Position numbers and translations under genes: made by a program. 64,000 nt of DNA from assembly GCF_009914755.1 (NCBI RefSeq), contig NC_060941.1; one strand, written 5' to 3'. The notes below the pieces were generated by a model. The model saw nothing but the letters and a program-made list of their open reading frames with translations. It did not search any database and had not been told where the DNA came from. Source of the stretch: the human T2T-CHM13v2.0 reference genome, Homo sapiens. This document shows positions 46,051 to 61,170 of the stretch, in pieces. Numbering within the stretch: the first letter of the stretch is position 1; the number at the start of each line of letters is the position of its first letter.

Positions 46051-47738
46051 TGTTTTAGAAATGCCTTCAGTATGTACAGCTATGATAGATCAACAGAAAA
46101 AATAAAACACTTTAAAATTTCTTTAAAAATTTTTAAAAAGCAGTGCCTTCAAACACCCAGGCTATTGTGCAGCGTGTTGCTACTGTCTGTGATGCCTGCG
46201 AGGCATGGGTGAGAGGAGGAGGCGGTGCCAGTGAGTAGAGTGAGATCGTGATATTGCTAAATCACTTTCTTAGGGTGTGAAAGACTCTGCTTTAGCTCTT
46301 TTTCGGGCTTTTCTGCCATGCCTTACTAGTTTTGGCAGTTTTCCTATTAAAATTATATGTAATGTCTTGATATAACTGTGCTCGTCTGGAGCTGTGTATT
46401 TAAATAGCTGTAAACTTCTCAACCCAAATTGTGGGAATTAAATTTCCATTAGCAGATTGGCAGCATAATCTGGTGGGATGTTCTCTGGGCCCAAAGCCAA
46501 GAGCCCTGGGTTCTAGTTACAGCTTCTAGTCCTGACCTGGAGCATGTCACTCAGCCATCCTCCGTGGGTACCTCCTCCTGAAAATAATATTAAATCTACA
46601 TATGGAAATCACATCCACCCACCTCTAAGGTTGCTGTGAAGGTAAGGGAAGGTAATATCTGTGAGCACTGTTTGCAAATTGCAACTGCAGAGTCATAAAT
46701 CTGCTTGCATAAACCACACATTCCAGAGGGGTTCTAATCGTGTTTACATATACTTCTTAAATTTCGTACTAAATGTCTGTAGATATGAAGATGTGAAAAC
46801 AAAAGCTCAGTGAGAAAGTAACCAACAGAATGGAGGAATTCTGGAGAAGTCCTAACATGTAGTGTTTTCCCATTCCTAATCCCTATCATCTTGTGGCATT
46901 GCGTGTACTTATTTCTGTGTTTTCACATTATTAACTGACCATTTTGGATGGTTGAATATACAGGAGAGGTGCTGGTTCAGGAAATAATTGTTTTTTTTTA
47001 ATCCATATTTCAAAAGTAATTCTTGTCGGTATATACAAATATGTTTAAGTTTTATTATTTGCCTTTTAACAAATTACAACATGCCACATTAGGAATAAGT
47101 TTGACACACCTTAATCATTTTAAGTCTTATTATCACTAAAATTTGCAGCATTCTCCTTCATGGAAGAAAAAGTTAATTTGGTGGAACCTTTAGTCAAATT
47201 AATTGGTCAGAAGAAATACTGTATACTTAACTGAAAGAGGGAAAAAAAACCCATGTTTTAATGAACTTAAATTTAATTGAACAACCTTCCTCAATCAATG
47301 TTTTAGAAATTGTTTTTCTCAGGAAACAAACTATTGACCTAGGCAAGTGGTTTAAAAACTTTTGTTTGACGGTAGACATATACTTTTGCAAATAAAACCT
47401 TCCACGGAACCTGAGTCCGTAGAGCAGATAAAAGACCACTCTGAAGCAGGGGTAGGAGTGGAGAAGGTAGAAAAATGGGTGGTAGATCTTACCACTGAGT
47501 GTTTTGCTTTTGAAATACGAAGCCTGTTGGATGCCATGGAAAGCCAGATAACTATTACTCTGTATGATAGTGCAGGGAACGTTCTGTGTGTGGTTGTGTT
47601 ATGTTGACATTCCATCCAGTGTGCCACTCCGTATAATTCCGTCTGACGTGCCACTCCATATAATTGGGATGCTGTCTGTTCACTTAGCTGATAGAGGTGG
47701 GATTCAGAGACTGTGGTGTCTGTGATGCTGTGATCCTA

Positions 47739-48145
<407 letters not shown>

Positions 48146-48224
48146 GAATATCAGTAACTGAGAAAATATGCAAGATGAACCACCTTTCCAGAAATGTTCC
48201 AGTTAGTCAAATTATCCTGGTAAC

Positions 48225-48449
48225 CCACAGCTCACTGCAGCCTTAATCTCCTGGGCTCAAAAGATCCTCCCACCTCAGCCTCCCAACTAACTGGGACCAT
48301 AGGTGCACAACACCATGCCTGGCTTTTTGATTTTTTTGTAGAGATGGGCTCTTGCCACATTACCCAGGCTGGTCTCAAACTTCTGGGCTCAAGCAGTCCT
48401 CCTGCCTTGGCCTCCTAAAGTCCTGGGTCATGAGCCACCCCACCTGGCC
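48225..48449 (-). mobile_element. Partial Alu (J-type)
   Basis: Antisense Alu lacking its 3' end. Confidence 0.92.
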
Positions 48450-49504
48450 CTGAGGCTTTTCTGACTAAAATATTTTAAAATGTTATATATTTTTAAAACT
48501 AGTTTTTGCTATAGTATGAGACGAATATCTGTCCCCTTTTGAGTAAATTTCAATTAAAAAATACAGAGTCCTGTAATTCAGTGATAAGGGAGCTGGGGAG
48601 GCCCTTACTTTCAAACCTGAAGAATTACATCTGCTTCCCAAGAACTGCTTTCTTGGGAACTTTTAAAAGTATGTATTTGTTTTTGTGAGTTTGTAAGAGC
48701 TGCGTTCTGTCTACAGAGGAACTTGTTAATGAATCCCTCCTCTTATGATATTTTATATAGAAATGCTTGGTTTGTGGGTTGCGCCCATGACATACACTCT
48801 GGGAAATAAGAAAATTATAGACAAACCAAAATAGAAAGCAGCTCCTCTCTCAAGGTGAGTTCAGCAGTTGTCAGTGGATAAAAGGACCTTGTAATGAGCA
48901 GCTAAGCCCACACTCCTGAAATGCCTTTTCATTGCAAGAGTGAAAACGAGAGATAAAGGAGGTTTTTTCCTGAGTAATTCTAGCTTGCCTAGCATGCTAT
49001 GAGCAACAGATAGAGGCCAACTTTAAAATCTCCATGACTGAATTATACCACCAAAACTTGTGATCAGTTCGTTTTCTGCTGAAATCAGGAATACATGGGT
49101 CATTAATATCAAGTAGAATAGAAAAGAGAAAAGCAGTACCTAAACGCAACCATCTTTTTTATCCTCAGTTGGAAAAGTGTCTGTTTTCTTTTAATTATAA
49201 AGATGCTGCATGCTCATTACAGGAAGTTCTAAGAGTATCAAAAAGTGTGAAGAATTAAAGATTAACCAAAATTCTGGGAAAAGATTGTTATAACAATGTT
49301 GACAGGCATTTACAACAAAGCATAACATTATTCTTTGACATTATGCTTTGTTGTTGTTTTTAACAAGCTATATCTAGCTTCCTATTATTTTCATTTTGAA
49401 GTGCGACATTCACCCATCAGAATATACACTGAATTCATAAAAATATTCCATGTTTCAAAAGATGAAATACAACCTTTAAATAAACACCTAGAAAAATGGC
49501 CTCC

Positions 49505-49625
49505 CTGGGCACAGGGGTGCATGCCTGTAGTCCCAGCTCCTCGGGAGGCTGAGACTGGAGGATCACTTGAGGCCAAAGAGTTTGAAACCAGCCTGGGTTT
49601 AACACAGACCCCCATCTCTAAAAAA
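49505..49625 (+). mobile_element. FLAM monomer
   Basis: Single diverged Alu arm with short A tail. Confidence 0.85.
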
Positions 49626-49969
49626 TGAATTTATTTTAAAATTTTTTATATGGCCCGAAGGGTATTAAAGACAACAATGTAAAACAAGATCCTGCTTATT
49701 AAGTTAATGAAATCACAACACCCAGGGTTGACAAGGGAGCCAAAAATGGCAGTCTTTTTCTGTCTTATGGCCTATACGTTGATATGGTATATTTGGAAAT
49801 GAATTTGGTGATATGTATCAATAAGCTTTACTGTTTATAATCTTGATCTGAGAACTTCATTTTTATATTTATTTGCCTAAAGAAAGACTATATTTATAAG
49901 GGTGTTTGTGTTGAAATGGTCATTCCAGTGGAAATGGCCTACATGGAATGGGCTGTACCTCAGCTGGAC

Positions 49970-50150
49970 TTCAATTCAAATGGCTGTCTGCCAGCTCCGA
50001 GCCTTGGACAAGTCACTTAACCTCTAACCCTCAGTCAGTCTCTATATTTTTAAATGGGGACGACAATAATCCCTGTCTCAGAGTGTTTTTATGAAGATTA
50101 CAATGTAATTTAATATGCAAAGCACTTAGAACCCTGTCTAGCACGGAGAA
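49970..50150 (+). mobile_element. MIR SINE
   Basis: ccttggacaagtcacttaacctc...aaatgggga...aaagcacttagaac. Confidence 0.72.
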
Positions 50151-50241
50151 ACAGCGCAGTTGTCACCCCTTCTCTGCAGGGGATACATTCCAGGGACCCC
50201 CGTGGAAGCCTAAAACTCCAATAGTGTCAACTCTGTATAAG

Positions 50242-50455
50242 CAGGTTGATTATCCCTAATCTGAAAATTTGAAATGTTCTAAAATCCAAAACTCAGCGGT
50301 GAAAGGAAATCCCCACTGGAGCATTTCGGATTTTCAGATTGAGGCATTTAACCAGTTAGCATGAAACAGATATTCCAAAATCAAAAAAAAAAAAAAAATC
50401 CTAAATTCCAAGCACTTCTGGTCCCAGGCATTTTGGCTAAGGGATACCCAACCTG
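50242..50455. mobile_element. Tigger4/MER46-like MITE nested in Tigger2
   Basis: Terminal inverted repeats caggttgattatccctaat / taagggatacccaacctg. Confidence 0.82.
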
Positions 50456-50949
50456 TACTATGTTTCTTATGCATTAATATGTCTGATCCATTTATAAATT
50501 AGGCACAGTAAGAGATTAACAACAATAATAAAATAGAACAATTCTAACAATATACTGTAGTAAAAGTTATGTGAATGGGGTCTCTCCCTCTCTGAAAATA
50601 TCATACTGTTGATGTTAGCAATCTGGGCATATGAAATTTCACTTATCGGGAATTTTCACCTTTTCACTTAAAGTAATTTCCAGCTTCTCTTTGACATATC
50701 TGAATTGCCGGTGTCACCACTCTGGTACTTTAGGGCCATTATGAAGTAAAATAAGGATTCCTTCAGTTCAAGCCCTGTGATACCTCAACAGTTGATCTAT
50801 AACCGATGGCTACGAAGAGACTAAGAGGCGGTAGCAGCATCTACAGAAGGGGTCTGCTGGACAAAGGGATGATTCGCATCCCAGATGATATAGTGGGATG
50901 GTATGAGATTTCATCACACTATTCAGGATTGTGTGTAATTTAAAACTTA

Positions 50950-51342
<393 letters not shown>

Positions 51343-51493
51343 TTACTTGGAAACATTGCCTGTTACCACCTTATGCATTGGTGTGAGGCTTGAATGGAGT
51401 AACACCTGAGGGCAGTGTCTGGATAGAGTAAACCAGCATTCCATGTTAGATGATATTCTTAGTGTTAGTATTAGTACATAAAACTTAGAAACA

Positions 51494-51847
<354 letters not shown>

Positions 51848-52533
51848 CTATGAAGACTGTCACAGTTGGTTACAACACAGTGTTCATTGTAAGGATACCA
51901 AATTTCATGTGCGCGGTTGCTCTACCAAAGGATATGTGCATGGGAAGATGAAGTAAAAGGAGATGTATTCCACAGGTATAGTACCAGCTTCCATGGTGCC
52001 TGGCAAAGCATGAAGAAGCTTGGGTTTTGGCCTCTTGAAATTAATTTAAAGCATGAGATGGGCTTAAGCCCATACTATAGAGACCATTAAGATGCAGGAA
52101 GAGCTTGATAATTCTGGACCAGTCTATAATTTGAAATAAATGTATTTTGAAGGGCCAAAGCCAGTGGCTCTTTACTGCAGCATGTAATTTGATTCCTATT
52201 GGTTTTTGCAAGGTGCTTGAGGACTTTTTTCATGCTGAAATTTCATTTCTGCTGTTCACAGGACAAGAGAAATTTGATACCCATGTACGACTTGACCAGG
52301 CTTGAAATTTCACTTTATTTGATGGTTCGGCTAGTCATATATAAATTAGTGGGTTCAGGCTTCAGTAGGGAACACACACAGAGCCAGCAGCTGTGGCCTG
52401 TTCCTGTCTCCTGAGTGAGGAGCATTCACGATGTTCTTTTCACTTAGAGAGGGCTTAGGGAAGATTTATGTGTTCGCTGTCTCTCATTTCTGTTCTCAAA
52501 CCCTTGTTTTCTCCGTGGAAAATGGTGATGTAC

Positions 52534-52823
<290 letters not shown>

Positions 52824-55129
52824 CTGTGATGCACTTTTAATCACAGCGGTATTTGGTCAAAGGATGGCAGAATAACTAGGCTTGTGGGCTAGGGAGCATC
52901 CAGGAGGGACACCTGGTCTTCCGTGAGAGTCCGGCGATGGGGATCTTTGCATCCCTCTCTCACATTGGTCAAGGCCTCATTTCTACTCCTGATGTCTACT
53001 CCTGATTTGGGCCTGAGAGGTGCGAGCTCCCTTTCCAGAGTAGAATAAGCAGATGGTGATTCTGAGCAATGTGGGATGTGGACTGCAGCCTGGGCAAGGG
53101 AGTCCCTTGAGATGAGTCCTCCATAGCAGCCAGGATGCCACCCTGACTTCTGGCTCTCCTGACTCAGTCCACTTTTAGTCTCTTTTTCTGCAGGCCATGA
53201 AATAGCTCAGCCCCTGGCCTGCTTCAGACCTAGAGCTCAGCCAGCCTGCACTTCGGCTCTGGTTACGTCTTGGAGATCTGCTCTGTTTCTAGCCCAGGGA
53301 GGTGCGTAGTTTATATGGAAGTGAACTATATCTTTTTAAAAATACATTTCCTTCTTTTCTTTTTTATTGCGTCCATGTATTTAGAGCTAAAGGAGAGGTC
53401 CACAGCATGAGTTTATACTTCACCTTAGCCAGAAGTCCCTGCCACATTTATCCTTAGATCAGAGAATGACACTGGAGTGAGGACGGGGTAGTGGGGGGTA
53501 GGGAGTGGGGTGCTGCCCTAGCCTGTTCCCAGATGCTGCATAAGTCATCGTTTTCAATCCTGCATGCTTAGCTTCCGACCCCTGTCACCCTGCCACCCCC
53601 TCAGAAGCTGCCGCACACCTGCTCTGTGCCATGGACCAGCCAGAGTGCAGGGTTTGTGTCATGCGCCCCCTCCACCCCGTGAGCTCTTTCTTTAACCTTT
53701 CTCCTGCAACTCCTCCTCAGCCCCCTTTGAAATGCCAAATTCAGAAGCTGTGTTTCCCTTCCTCAGCCAGCTAACGAGAGACTGAATTTAAAAAAAAAAA
53801 AAAAAAAAAAAAACAGCCCTCATTGTCTCCCTTTGATATTTGCCTTTCATCTCGTCTGTCCCAGGGTCGGGGCATCCACCTAGGCCAGCACTTGGAAAGA
53901 CGCCTCACCTGCAGCAGGTAGAGCCCAGCAAGTCGGTCCAGGCTTCCGCACATGGTCATGTCCCCATGGGTTTGTCCACATGGGTTTGTTTGTCCTTGGA
54001 AACCCTTCAGCTCCAGGGAGCCTGAAGTCCTTGGCGAAGGATAAAGTGGAAGGGGAATGCAGCATGAGGGAGTCTTTCTGTTCATATTCACCACCTGAAA
54101 ATTACAATGGTTCAAGCAGTGCACCTTCTAGACGAGGTGGTCTCAGCAAGCCTTAAAACCATCTGGTCAACAAGAGCAAAACATGTATAAGGCCATGAAT
54201 GTACCTGGGGCTGGTTTGGTTTGGTTTGCACAAACCACCCCCTCCTCTGAGTGATGTATAAATAAGAAAGTAAACCCATCTCCCTGCCAAGTCATTCTAA
54301 AGAAGTAGCCCTGTCTTGGATGCCCATGTTTGTCTTCCACACCCTTTAGTGTAGAAGACATCAGGGCCCACCTCTGCATCCTGGGCCTGTGGTTCCTGTC
54401 CTCTTCATCCAGATCTGTGACTGTCGTGATAGTGTCCTAACTGACCGCCTGTCTCTCTGGTCTTGTGCCTCCTCCCAGCCGTCCTCGGGCCCCCTTGCAC
54501 TGTGGATCACGTCCCCATGCCGACACTCATCTGTTTCGACCTGTGGGTGGCTCCCCGCGCATCTCGCCAGGCAGGCCTCTGTGAACTGACTCTGAGAGTG
54601 CTCTCTGGCCCCACCGTTGCTTCTCACCTCTGCACTTGCAAGAGGCTACTTGTGCTTCTGTGCAGGCTATGGCCTCTTGGGGCTCCCTGCATCTGTGGTG
54701 GCTGCTGCTTTCTGCTCGGAGCATGTGCACATGTGCGTTCCCTAGTCAGTACACAGTCAGCCCCTGCTGTGGCGCTGGCACACAGCAGAGAGCAAGAGAA
54801 GTGGCTTTGCCCCCCATTGAACAGACAGAGTAGTAGGGAAGACAGACATCAAGCTAGTCATCACGACCATAATTACGTAATTACCCTTTGTGACAAGAGC
54901 TGTGAAGTGGCAGGAAGGAAGCAGACCAGGGTCAAGGATGGCCTTCCTGTGGTGTGATGTGTAAGCTGGAATTTGGGTAGGAAATAGGTGGAGAAAGAGC
55001 CTGAAGAAAGATGTTTCCGGAACCTGTGATCAAGATGTGTGAAAGTCGTGATGGGAAAAAGAGGATGACGGTAGCAGTGGGTAGGGGTCAGAGGTCACGC
55101 TTACCAAGGGTTTACCGTGTCAGGCACGG

Positions 55130-55310
55130 GTCTGTGTTACCTCATCACGTCCTCATACGACACTGCAAGAAAGGTGCTTTTACCATCCCCACTGCACACA
55201 TGTGAAAACTGAGGCACAGAGAGGCCAGTGGGCATGCCTGAGCTCACGTGGCTGGTAGGGTGGTGGGATTTGGACCCAGGTAGTCTGGGTCCCGGGATCA
55301 AGCTGCAGTC
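55130..55310 (-). mobile_element. MIR SINE
   Basis: gaaaactgaggcacagagagg...gggatttggacccagg. Confidence 0.72.
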
Positions 55311-56269
55311 ACTGCAGCATCTTGCTGGGACCTTGAAAGAGGCCTTTGTGACTGGAACTGAAACCAGGGAGCTAAGGCTGGAAGGCAGAGGCAGGGCCAT
55401 GGAGATGGTTTAGGAAGTGAGTGATGAAATTTGGATTTTTATGTGATCAGACTTGGTTGGGAGGACAGTGGATTGAAGGAGAGGCAAGGGAAGGAGGCAG
55501 AGAGAGGAATTATACACCGAAGGTTAAAAAAAAAATCGGGGGTTGGACTTCCCTCCTTCTTTCACTTGGTGCTTTCTCCTTGCCCTTCAAGACCTGGTGC
55601 AGGTGTCACTCTCTCTCCTCGGCTCACTCTCTTTCTCTGCGCCGGAGATCCTCAAGATCAGGGGAGATGTCTTGGCATCTCTCAGGGTTCCTCATGCACA
55701 GGCGGCTTTCCACAAATAAATGAAAGGAATGGAGGGAAAATAGTTACAAAGCTAAGAAGCAAGATGTTTCATTGGGTAATTTAACTTTTCAAGTTCATAA
55801 CTCTGATGTGACTTTCACAGTGTAAGCTGCCTGTGGCTGATACTTTACTCATGGAGTACCAGTGGTCTGTTATTCAAGCTAAAATTTCCATTTCCTTATT
55901 AGCCTGAGTGACCAGCATTACTCCCCTAGCTCCACATTCTTAGGGAGTCAAGAGGTCGCTTTCAGCAGGCCAATCTGTGCACGACCTGCTGGTGCTGCAG
56001 CATTCCTTACTCAGATCTCAGAGACCCTGGGATTTTGCAGTGCTTTGGAAAGCTGACAGGGCTGGCACTGGGGGCTGGCTGGGATGGGAACAGGCTGCCC
56101 CTCTTGGCTCTCCATATAGGCCTGAGAGCCACGTGGTCCCACATGAGACACTGAGCCATGTTTGGGCTCCGCCTCCAGGGTTCCACGCATTCTTAGCATC
56201 TCAGCAATGCAAGGACAAACACATCAGCTTCCCCGTAGCTAAACATAAGAAAGTTGTCCGTGTTTTTAT

Positions 56270-56600
56270 ATAAACTTTACTGACATTTAAACATGCATAC
56301 TTCATGAAAAGTGCAATATTGTCAGTGTGCGGTAAAGTGGGTTTTCGCCAACTAAACACACTTATGATCAAAACATGCCCGGATTTGCACCCAGATCAGG
56401 AAACAGAACATGACGCCACCCTGCGCCCTTCTTGCTTCCCTTCTGTTTACTGCACTCCTCGTGAAGGTAACCTTTGTCATCACTTCTAACAGCCTGGATT
56501 AATTTTGCCTGTTTTTTGGGCTTTCTACCAATGGGATCATACAATGTGTAGAGAGGATGTAGGTTTAAGATGAGATTTGTTGCCCCCCCCATGCTCGATT
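56270..56600 (-). mobile_element. Old L1ME-like 3' fragment
   Basis: cacccagatcaggaaacagaacatgac...cacttctaacagcctggattaattttgcctgtttttt. Confidence 0.55.
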
Positions 56601-56834
56601 TATCCCATGTTCCTAGAAATTATAGAGATAACACAAGTGGAAAGACAGTCTCACAGTCTCATGACAGGAAGGTTACCCATCCGGGGTCAAACCATGCTTG
56701 GCACAGAGCCACTTGTTAGGATTCAGCAGTAATTAAAATGACTGTGTTGTTTATAAATTGTTTTATGAGTGCATTAGTGCCTTGTTTATTTTTTATCACC
56801 AGAGAAAGAGTGATCCTCCTAAGTAAATGTTCTA

Positions 56835-57090
56835 GATCAGTTGAGAAAGCAAACTTTCTCAGCCAAGGGCCAGCTAGTAAATATTTTTGGCTTTGCAGGC
56901 GCATATGGTCTTCGTTGCAACCACTCAATTCTGCTCTTGGGATGCAAAAGCTGTCTTGGACAATATATGCACAAATGAGGCTGGCTGTGCTCCAAAAAAG
57001 CTCCATTTGTGGACATTCAAATAGGAAGTTCACATAATTTTCACTTGTCACAAAATATTATTCTTCCAACTTTTTAAACTTGAACCATAT
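56835..57090. mobile_element. MER58B-like hAT fossil
   Basis: gcaaactttctc...aagggccagctagtaaatatttttggctttgcagg...ttcacataattttcacttgtcacaaaatattattcttc. Confidence 0.8.
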
Positions 57091-57094
57091 TTGA

Positions 57095-57426
<332 letters not shown>

Positions 57427-57914
57427 ATCTTTCTGAAGTTTTTAAACACTGATCTAAATTCTCAGGATGAGCTGAGAACATTTTCTTAGTAAATATGGGC
57501 AACATGGTTTAATAAAACATGGAAACCCTGGCACTGTCCTTTTGCCGTGTCTCTTTGGGCAAGTTTTAACTTCTCTGGGTCTGTTTCATCTTCTATGGGA
57601 TGGGGATAAAAGGAAGGACATTTAGCCATTAGCCCCAGGAGAGCCATGCTAGTTATTTGTGAACAGAACCCCATCTGAAGAGTCACGGAGGATCCTAGTT
57701 GGTCAGTGTCCAGGCTGTGGCAGTTGTTAAATATTTTGAATATCACTCTTTGTCATGACATCCTCTCTACTGAGGTCTTGTATACACTATGGCCAGCATT
57801 TGCGTCGTGTATAGTAATTGCTGTTTCTCCTCTTCCCATGGAAATGGCTGTAGGCATTCTTGGCTAAGAGGGATACTTCTGTATTAACTACCGCAACTCA
57901 AGGACTTCTGTGCT

Positions 57915-57987
57915 ACAGGTGGAATATCCTTATCCAAAATGCCTGGAACCAGATGTGTTTTAGATTCAGATTTTTGGATTTGGGATT
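57915..57987. mobile_element. Tigger4/MER46 fragment
   Basis: tacaggtggaatatccttatccaaaatgcctggaaccaga terminus. Confidence 0.7.
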
Positions 57988-58345
57988 TGATATAGTTTGG
58001 CTGTGTCCCCACCCAAATCTCACCTTGAATTGTAATAATCCCCATGTGTCAAGGGTGGTGCCAGGTGGAGATAATGGAATCATGGGGGCGGTTCCCCCCA
58101 TGCTGTTCTCATGGTAGTGGATAAGTCTCATGAGAACTGATGGTTTTATAAATGGGAGTTCCCCTGCACAAGCTCTCTTGCCTGCCGCCATGTAAGATGT
58201 GACTTTGCTCCTCATTTGCCTTCCACCATGATTGTGAGGCCTCCCCAGCCTTGTGGAACTGTGAGTCCATTAAACCTCTTTTTCCTTTATACATTGCCCC
58301 ATCTTGGGTATGTCTTTATTAGCAGCGTGAGAGCAGACTAACACA
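57988..58345 (+). mobile_element. THE1 (MaLR) solo LTR
   Basis: TG...CA ends, THE1 consensus, 5-bp TSD ggatt (57983-57987, 58346-58350). Confidence 0.95.
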
Positions 58346-58559
58346 GGATTCTAGGCCTGTAGTTTGTGTAGTTTTCCCTTCCCCTAGTGGCCACCAGGAT
58401 GTGAGCTGTACCTTCACCTAGCCTGCCCTTAAGTCAGCTCCTCTACCAACTCTACCTTGCTGTTTCAGATTGGTAGGCTGATTAAACCTCTCTAAAGCCA
58501 GAGGAGGCCTGCATTCCACCCTCAGCTGAGTGTGAGCCCCGTGTGACCTAGGAAGTCAG

Positions 58560-58790
58560 CAGCACGGACTTTGGGGCCAGATAGTCTGGTGGAACCCCAG
58601 CCCCTGCCATTGATGTTATGTACATCCTGGGACGTGTTACTTACCCTCTCTGTTCTTCAGTTTTCTCCTCTGTGAAATGGGGAGAAATAGCACCTACTGC
58701 ATAGTGGCTGTGAGGATTAGGTGAATTAGTATGTGAGAACATTTCAAACAGTCCAGGAAGCACTATGTAAATATTAGCTGTCATTATTTT
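58560..58790 (+). mobile_element. MIR SINE
   Basis: gttacttaccctctctgttcttcagttttctcctctgtgaaatgggg...gtgaggattaggtga. Confidence 0.75.
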
Positions 58791-59840
58791 TTTTGTTTTC
58801 ACTCAAAACACATTACTTGGTTCTGATGCTTGCTAGAGATAGTTGAGGTTCCCGGGTATATGATCTCCAGATTAGAGAAGTTACATATTAAGTGACAGAT
58901 TTGGTGTTGGGAGGAATCTCATGGGCATTTTTTTAGGATTTGATTATTTTCTGTTGTATCTCATTGTCGTCTTTTTAATAACTGTAGACATCTAATCCTG
59001 AGCTAGTGTTTTACTGTTCTGTTACTCATAAAAATTCTGAAATGCAGGGGTTAAGAATAGACAATCAAGTCTTAAGTGCTTTGCAAAATGAATTTATTCC
59101 TTTGAGAATTAAAGTGATGTCCTGAAGGAAGTCACAGTTAATGGTCAGTTTCCTTTAGGGAAATATTCTTGAAGAATTAGAGTGCTGCTCTCACATATCT
59201 TTGATGGAAACCAAACAACTCCTGGGTTAATGTTTAGTTAAATGAACCAAAAAAAAAAAAAGTATCACTTTGCTTAGTTAGAAGCAGAGGAAAATATTAA
59301 TTATTCGAATGGAGAAATGTTTGAAAATGAGAAATAATTATGTTACGGTGGTGGGATTACAGATGATAAGTATTTTTCTTTTTTTGAAGTTGGGTAAGTA
59401 TTTTTCTTTTTTTGAAGATGGATTTGCCTTTTAAAAGGAAAGGGGGAAAAAGCCTGAAGCTGTTACAGTCTGTCTCTAAACTAAATTATCTTCACTGCAA
59501 TCCAACATTGTGCAGCTAAGTATCATAAAATTAAGACTCACAGCCTAAACCCTCTAATAGGTAAGACTATTCTAAGACACTGGTAACACGTCTCTGAAAA
59601 GTGCTGGCGTTTTGTGCTGTTAGTTTCCTGGGTTGATTTTGGTTTGAGTTCACAGCAGAAGTCTGTTGGGTAGCCAGAAAGGAAGAATCATCACGTTGGG
59701 ACACAAATCCGAGTCCTGTCTGTCCTTTGCATTCTTCCTTCCCCCACGTCGTCCTGGCTTGGCTTCAAGCAAGTCTGTGAGGTAAAGGTTGGTGGCTTAG
59801 CTTCCTAGGGCTTCTGTAACAAATTATCACCATCTGGTAG

Positions 59841-60182
59841 TTTTTATTGTTTTGGTTTTTGTTTGTTTGTTTTTGGCTTTTGTTTTTGTTTTTTCGATGG
59901 AATCTCGCTCTGTCGCCCAGGCTGGAGTGCAGTAGTGGCTTGATCTCGGCTCACTGCAACCTCCGCCTCCTGGTTTCAAGCAGTTCTCCTGCCTCAGCCT
60001 CCCAAGTAGCTGGGACTAGAGGTGCCCGCCACCATGCCCAGCTGATTTTTGTATTTTTTTTTAGTAGAGACAGGGTTTCACCATATTGATCAGGCTGGTT
60101 TTGACCTCCAGACCTCAGGTGATCTGCCTGCCTTGGCCTCCCAAAGTGCTGGGATTACAGGCATGAGCCACCGTGCCCGGCC
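59841..60182 (-). mobile_element. Alu (S-type) nested in MLT1
   Basis: TSD atctggtagttt. Confidence 0.96.
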
Positions 60183-60525
60183 AATCTGGTAGTTTTAAAA
60201 CAAAAGAAATTTATTATATTACAGTTCAGGAGCCCAGAAGTCCCAAATCAACATGTCAGGAGGGCCACACTCCCTCCAAAGTCTCAGGGGAAGATCCTTC
60301 CTGGCCTCTTCCCACTCCTGGTGGCTTCTGTTGTTCCTCACCCTGTGACTGCATTACTCCATTCTCTGCCAATGTCTTCACACGGCCTTCTTCCCTTTGG
60401 CTCTGTCAAATCCCCTTCGTCTTTCTGAGGACACCAGTCATTGGACTTGAGGCCTACCCTAAATCCAGGATGATCTCATCTCGAGGTCTTTATTTAATTA
60501 CACCTGCAAAAACCTTACTTCTACA

Positions 60526-61170
60526 TGAAGTGGCATTGTTCATCTGGGTTAATACCTGAGGTTCATTGCCTCATGCCAAGGAAATCAAGGACACTGACAC
60601 ACAAGGAGTGAGTTTAAGAGCAGGAGTTTAATAGGCAAGAGAAAGAGGAAAGCTCTCTCTCTCCTTCAGAGAGAGAGGGGCTCCTGAGTGAGTCTTCCAG
60701 TTCCATGGTGAAATGCATGGGGCGGGGGGTGGTGGTTAATAGATGAGCGTGGAGAGGCGGTGTCTGATTTACATAGGGCCCAAATGATTGGTTAGATAGG
60801 TGTGCCATTTACATAGTGTAGGAAGAAGATGGCTGCCCCACCCTAATCTTTTGTTAGGCAGGTGGGTTCTCTACCTGGCCAGCGCCATGTTGCCTGCTTC
60901 TTTATTGCACACCTGGTTGACAGAAGGGAAGATGGACCCTCCATGTTGAACACGCCTGACCCCCAGGTAGCCATTTCCTATCCGCAGAGCTGCCGGCATT
61001 CACCCGTGCAAGCTTCCAGCTTGCTTATCTATGTCTGCAGCTCGATTTTACAGGCTGCTCTGCTAGAAAAGAAATGATCTGGGGGCTGCTTTTTGTTAAA
61101 ACAGAAACCTTGCTGAGGACTCTCTTACCCTCGCTAACTGCCTAAATAATTTCTTTCTAGTTCCTGTAGC
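60526..61170 (-). mobile_element. ERV1-class solo LTR (MER4 group, MER50/51-like)
   Basis: TG..CA ends; aatacctgaggttcattgcctcatgccaaggaaatc, tttaata (ATTAAA on minus strand) and gattgg (CCAAT on minus strand); subfamily uncertain. Confidence 0.75.

Noticed and set aside
54463-54957. 164-aa ORF in a GC-richer patch
   Set aside because: Non-ATG start, no recognisable domain or splice structure; long ORFs are expected in GC-rich DNA
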